DNA from: the human T2T-CHM13v2.0 reference genome, Homo sapiens
Assembly (NCBI RefSeq): GCF_009914755.1
Contig: NC_060930.1
Reading direction: 5' to 3' (one strand)
DNA: 64,000 bases
Notes under the pieces: generated by a model
Seen by the model: only the letters and a program-made list of their open reading frames with translations
What the model was told of the DNA's origin: nothing
Database searches by the model: none
Shown: positions 58,651 through 64,000 of the stretch, piece by piece
Layout: every line of letters begins with the position of its first letter
How positions within the stretch are numbered: the first letter of the stretch is position 1
Made by a program: the position numbers and the translations under genes

Positions 58651-59254
58651 AGTCTCTTTTAACTTAAATTAATACATTCACTCATTTTTTTTCCTGCCAT
58701 TGATTTAGTACAGCAATGACATCGATGGTCCTATATTGTGTCCTACCTTCTGTGGCTTTCTTTCTTAACATCATTTAGCTTGTTTTACCCCTTCTATATG
58801 CCAAGAATGGATATAATTTCTAAAAGTTGGTTAAAATCAGGTTCCAATTTTGACAAGACTGCTCTACATAATACTACATGGTTCAAATTACATCGCAGCA
58901 GGAGGCGCAAAATTATCCTGATGCTAATGTGACTAAAGTGAAAGTTAGATTCAGGTGTGGGCAGCCTGGTTACTCTTCTTACGTTTCCTCACCCAACTTT
59001 TCTCGAATAATTTACTTACTGGTGAATGTTGCCACAATTAATAGCTTTTGGGGTGTCAAAATGGAGATTTTTCTAATTCTGTCTTTCCTGCACATTTTTA
59101 ATTTGACCTTGCTTGGAATGTTATAAGATGGTTAGTGGGACTTACTGTTATGTAGATATATTGATGATATTATTCATGTATTTGTTGTCATTTTTCCTGT
59201 TTGTTTTTTCTTTCTTTCTTTGTCCAAATTCTGATTAAGTTTGGTTTTTTTCAG

Positions 59255-59900
59255 GAGGAATTTTGAAGAGATTAAAAAACAAAAAGCCCTACATTGCTGC
59301 AGTGATAACCTTTATGCCACCTTCTTGTTTTAAAGTCTTGTTTTACTGTGCCTTTCCATGTACATCTCCAGACTCCACTTTCCATTCTCTTTTTTCCCTT
59401 TCTAAACATTTTGGGTCCAAGTAGCAATTTTGTTTTTCAGTATTAAAGTAGAAGGGCAGAGCTGATTTTGCATACATAAACTGCAGTTAATTACACAGCT
59501 GTGTGCCAGAGTTATCTAGGCTCTCCTTTGTGAAAAACCAAGGCTTACTCCTCCAGTTTAAAAACTGTCCAAATGTCATTTTAATTTATGAAGGCACCCA
59601 GAATAAGTTCTAATCTCATACTGCCCCAATATATTTACTGAAGCCAATTCTCTCTTTTATTAATTTTTACTGAAAATAGCACTTTTTTCCTCCCCCTGAT
59701 AGTACTGGGTAATGTTAGAATGTCCTCTAAAATTCTTTGGACCTCATTTACATTCTCAAGAGATTTTTTTAAATTTACCAATAAGATGTGCTATTTGAGG
59801 AATTAGACTTTAGTTCAGTTGTACATGGATTATGTCTGCTCATATCATTCATGTCTGAGTCTTTCATTTTATTAATATGTGTATGTCTCCTCCACTCTGC
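59255..59900 (+). other. Candidate terminal exon (end uncertain)
   Basis: Acceptor ttggtttttttcag| preceded by a long T-rich tract; non-repetitive downstream sequence; ATTAAA at 59442-59447. Confidence 0.3.
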
Positions 59901-60456
59901 TTCCTGTGCTATTCAGCTTGGATAAGAATGCTAGTGACTTAGGGCACAGAGTGCCACCTCATTCATATCAACTTCTCCACCTAGGAAATGAGCACTGCGC
60001 TCTGGGCTGCTTGTGTCTAAATCAACCTAAGCACCCAATGTGTGAGGCCTAAAACTAGACACAGTGAAAAGAGAATGATTTTATATTTATTTCTACAAGC
60101 TGCCTCATTTATAAGGGAATAACTAAAGGCTATTAAAAGAGGCCTTTAGGATAAAGGAAATTCAGACATTTACTTTGAGTCTCAGGACCTTGTCATAACA
60201 ACCAGAACCACATTTATGCCCCTTCCTTCCTACCTGTCAGATGCAAGTTGATCTGTGTATTTGAATTTGCAAGGTGTAGATCAATTTTGCCAAACTATGC
60301 TAAATGGTTCTACAAAAGGCATGAAAATCATCAAAGAATAAACTGAAATTATAGGTTATATTGTCTGTAGAAAATATTGACATTAGAAGATAATCAAAAG
60401 CCAAACAGGCCTTCTCTAGTAAAATATGATTTTAAGGATGTACCAAAACCAAATTT

Positions 60457-61844
60457 ATTATTTTATTTTTTTATTATACTTTAAGTTCTAGGGTACATGT
60501 GCACAATGTGCAGGTTTGTTACATATGTATACATGTGCCATGTTGGTGTGCTGCACCCATTAACTCGTCATTTACATTAGGTATATCTCCTAATGCTATC
60601 CCTCCCCACTTCCCCCACTCCACGACAGGCCCCAGTGTGTGATGTTCCCCTTCCTGTGTCCAACTGTTCTCATTGTTCAATTCCCACCTATGAGTGAGAA
60701 CATGCGGTGTTTGGTTTTTTGTCCTTGCGATAGTTTGCTGAGAATGATGGTTTCCAGCTTCATCCATGTCCCTACAAAGGACAAGAACTCATCATTTTTT
60801 AAGGCTGCATAGTATTCCATAGTATATACGTGCCACATTTTCTTAATCCAGTCTATCATTGATGGACATATGGGTTGGTTCCAAGTTTTTGCTATTGTGA
60901 ATAGTGCCACAATAAACATACGTGTGCATGTGTCTTTATAGCAGCATGTTTTATAATCCTTTGGGTATATACCCAGTAATGGGATGACTGGGTCAAATGG
61001 TATTTCTAGTTCGAGATCCTTGAGGAATCGCCACACTGTCTTCCACAATGGTTGAACTAGTTTACAGTCCCACCAACAGTGTAAAATTGTTCCTATTTCT
61101 CCATGTCCTCTCCAGCACCTGTGGTTTCCTGACTTTTTAATGATCACCATTCTAACTGGTGTGAGATGGTATCTCATTGTGGTTTTGATTTGCATTTCTC
61201 TGATGGCCAGTGATGATGAGCATTTTTTCATTTGTCTGTTGGCTGCATAAATGTCTTCTTTTGAGAAGTGTCTGTTCATATCCTTTGCCCACTTTTTGAT
61301 GGGGTTGTTTTTTTCTTGCAAATTTGTTTTAGTTCTTTGTAGATTCTGGATATTAGCTCTTTGTCAGATGAGTAGATTGCAAAAATTTTCTCCCATTCTG
61401 TAGGTTGCCTGTTCACTCTGATGGTAGTTTCTTTTGCTGTGCAGAAGCTCTTTAGTTTAATTAGATCCCATTTGCCAATTTTGGCTTTTGTTGCCATTGC
61501 TTTTGGTGTTTTAGACATGAAGTTCTTGCCCATGCCTATGTCCTGAATGGTATTGCCTAGGTTTTCTTCTAGGGTTTTTATGGTTTTAGGTCTGACATGT
61601 AAGTCTTTAATCCATCTTGAATTAATTTTTGTGTAAGGTGTAAGGAAGGGATCCAGTTTCAGTTTTCTACGTATGGCTAGCCATTTTTCCCAGCATCATT
61701 TATCAAATCGGAAATGCTTTCCCCATTTCTTCTTTTTTTCAGGTTTGTCAAAGATCAGATGGTTGTAGATGTGTGGTATTATTTCTGAGGGCTCTGTTCT
61801 GTTCCATTGATCTATATCTCGGTTTTGGTACCAATACCATGCTG
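60457..61844 (-). mobile_element. 5'-truncated L1PA5-like element
   Basis: ttattatactttaagttctaggg...; ORF2 C-terminal ORFs 60677-61321 and 61276-61533; degenerate TSD ccaaaaccaaattt / ccaataccagcttt. Confidence 0.95.
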
Positions 61845-62149
61845 CCAATACCAGCTTTATATCAAGCTATCTTTTTCTCAGTCTAACACTTATTCTTTCC
61901 CTAACTGAAATGCTTATCATCAGGCTTTATTAGGACCTGCCTTTCTCTCAATGCTCATCTGTAGTTAGTGAGACTCTTTACCTCAACTTTGGCCAATCCA
62001 TGTACCTCAGTCATTTTTGTTCAGTTATCAAGATTATATTAGGTTAACCTGCCAACCAGCTGATTAGGACTGGCGCTTTTTTATCTAGGGGAGTTACTAT
62101 AATATGTATATGTGTGTGTGTGTATAGATTCAGTAGCTTAACCACACAA

Positions 62150-63232
62150 AAAAAATTACTTTTAATAAATTTTAAAAGAAGTAATTTCACTGTCCCTTCC
62201 TGTTGTACCTAAAGACAAAAATAACTGCAATGACATTTTTAACTATTTACTAACAATATTTGCATTGTCAATATTGGTAATGCTGTTATGAAACTATTAT
62301 ATATACATTGTAGGATGAAGCAAATGAGTAACTATGTTAATGGTGTGCAGAACCAAGAAAGACAAGAAAGCATACAAGAAAATGCAAGCATACAAGAAAA
62401 TAATATAATATATTTTTAAGCAAAATTAATCAAAACCTCTCTAGTTTTAAATGTAAATAGGAAATATCAGTGTCAATTTATAAAACATTTTATCTTCAAA
62501 AAAAGATTTACCTATCTTCATGACTGAAAAGGGCCAATATTCCAGCCCAGTAGTAATCATCACTCTTCATCCAATGAGGACTTTTAATTCCATTTTTCAC
62601 AGAAAGCAAGCAGAGCTTCTCAGATAAATGGCTGATTATCTGATTATAGATTTGGCTGGGGCAGAAAATATACAAGATATTATAATACTAGAAGACAAAG
62701 GATATATCAAATACTCCTGGTTTTGTACTAAAATAAAATAAAAGCCAAATTGAAAGGGTGCCTCTGACTAAGATGGGACACTTTGAATATCACAAACAAT
62801 GATGACTGCAATGAATTGAAACTCATCAAATATGTTCAAATCCATAATTTCAAAAATGAGAATAAAACAACTAAATTAGTCATTTTAGAATTTTACTAGC
62901 ACATCATTTTCTTATCATTCTAAAAACTGGTAAATAAGGGCAACGGATCAAAAACCTGTCCTGCCTATCCTAGCTCAACTGCTTTTCAGGGCAATCAAAC
63001 TGTTGATCAACAGTTTCTCTTAGAAAACAATTCATATTGAATAATTCACATTTTCCCTAAAATAATCCAACAGTAGAGATGGGGAAGTGGGTGAAGGACA
63101 TAAATGAAGTGAATTTTGACCATCACTGAGAATTTAGTTGAAATTGGGAGATGGGTAAACGTGAGTGTATATTTCAGTATTTTCTATTTTTTATGTCTGC
63201 TTGAACATTTCTATAATGAAATTTTTTAAATG
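62150..63232 (+). mobile_element. L1MC4-like 3' region
   Basis: acattgtaggatgaagcaaatgagtaactatg; cagagcttctcagataaatggctgat; gatgactgcaatgaattgaaactcatcaaatatg; terminal gcttgaacatttctataatgaaattttttaaa. Confidence 0.75.
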
Positions 63233-63439
63233 TCAAAAGAACTAGTAAGCAAAAGAAAGAGTGAAGGATTTGGGGAAAAGATACTGATTTTGCCTGTCTG
63301 GATGGACATAGTGTAGAGACACCACTGCATTCTCTGAGCAGCCGAGATAGCATGAAACCACTTGGAGAGACAGAGTAAACAGAAACATCAAGAGGGCTCA
63401 CCATCGTGCCCGTCACATTGGGTGGCTCCAAGTTACTTG

Positions 63440-63830
63440 TGATTTGAGTGGGTTAAAGATAGAGTAGGGGCAGATATCTTTAGGGGCTTTGACTTTATTT
63501 ATACACTTTTTAGCCATGGAAGTTTTTTGAGAAATTAATTTAAATATTTCTATCTGTGTTTTAGAGATACGTTTCTGCTGGCAAAGTGAAAAATCTGAAT
63601 TAAGAGATACAATGTTGCTGACAGAGAAATTAGTATATTAGAATATTATTACAGATAACACAATATGAGTGAATGAACTTATATAATGTAAGAGTGCAGA
63701 AGACAATTGGTATGAGAGAAACTGGAGATTTAGAATCATCAAAATGGCATAACTGAATGTGGGAGAGGAGTCAGATGAATTGAGGTATGTTTATAAAAAT
63801 CCTTAAGATAAAAGGTATAATTAGCTAGAA
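63440..63830 (-). mobile_element. L2 relic
   Basis: ggctttgactttatt...agccatggaagttttttgag...tgtgttttagagatacgtttctgctggc. Confidence 0.55.
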
Positions 63831-63872
63831 TTACTAAGAAAGAACTTTTTCTTTTGATGAATGTAACCAGGA

Positions 63873-63873
<1 letters not shown>

Positions 63874-63920
<47 letters not shown>
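63874..63920. repeat. (TG)23 microsatellite
   Basis: Perfect TG run. Confidence 0.97.
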
Positions 63921-63921
<1 letters not shown>

Positions 63922-64000
63922 TAACTTCTATTTTTATTTTTTATTTACCCTTCTCATCCACTGTTATGCTAAAAATAGTTGGAGAATCAGGTCAACTCAA

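Larger units (their letters stand above)
57965..59105 (-). mobile_element. Ancient L1 3' region (L1MC5/L1ME-like)
   Basis: tttaaagcaaattttagacaccctgtcattttcac...ttacataatcacaatgacattatcac...caaaatggagattttctaattctgtctttcct. Confidence 0.65.

Overview
This is AT-rich, CpG-poor primate (probably hominoid) nuclear DNA of intronic or intergenic character, roughly 60% recognisable interspersed repeat. It contains L1s of many ages: a near full-length L1MA, an ORF2-deleted L1MA, two 5'-inverted (twin-primed) L1PA insertions with perfect 17-bp TSDs, and several 5'-truncated L1PA copies. It also holds six Alus, MaLR/ERVL solo LTRs (MLT1, THE1, MLT2), DNA-transposon fossils (MER1B, MER5A, MER104), MIR/L2 relics and microsatellites. 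All long ORFs are L1 ORF2 pieces, and I recognise no host gene, RNA gene or CRISPR array. I do not see a new biological system. The best leads are: (i) a set of phase-compatible + strand candidate exons (42466-42532, 53890-53936, 59255-) that would encode a 25-aa Kozak-initiated micro-ORF; (ii) three short locally copied segments sitting at breakpoints inside old repeats, resembling templated-insertion scars; (iii) unusual ORF2 variants shared by two inverted L1PA copies 11 kb apart; (iv) an inversion-generated stand-alone L1 endonuclease ORF with a microsatellite-encoded poly-Ser tail. Repeat subfamily names come from recalled consensus motifs and need RepeatMasker/Dfam confirmation.
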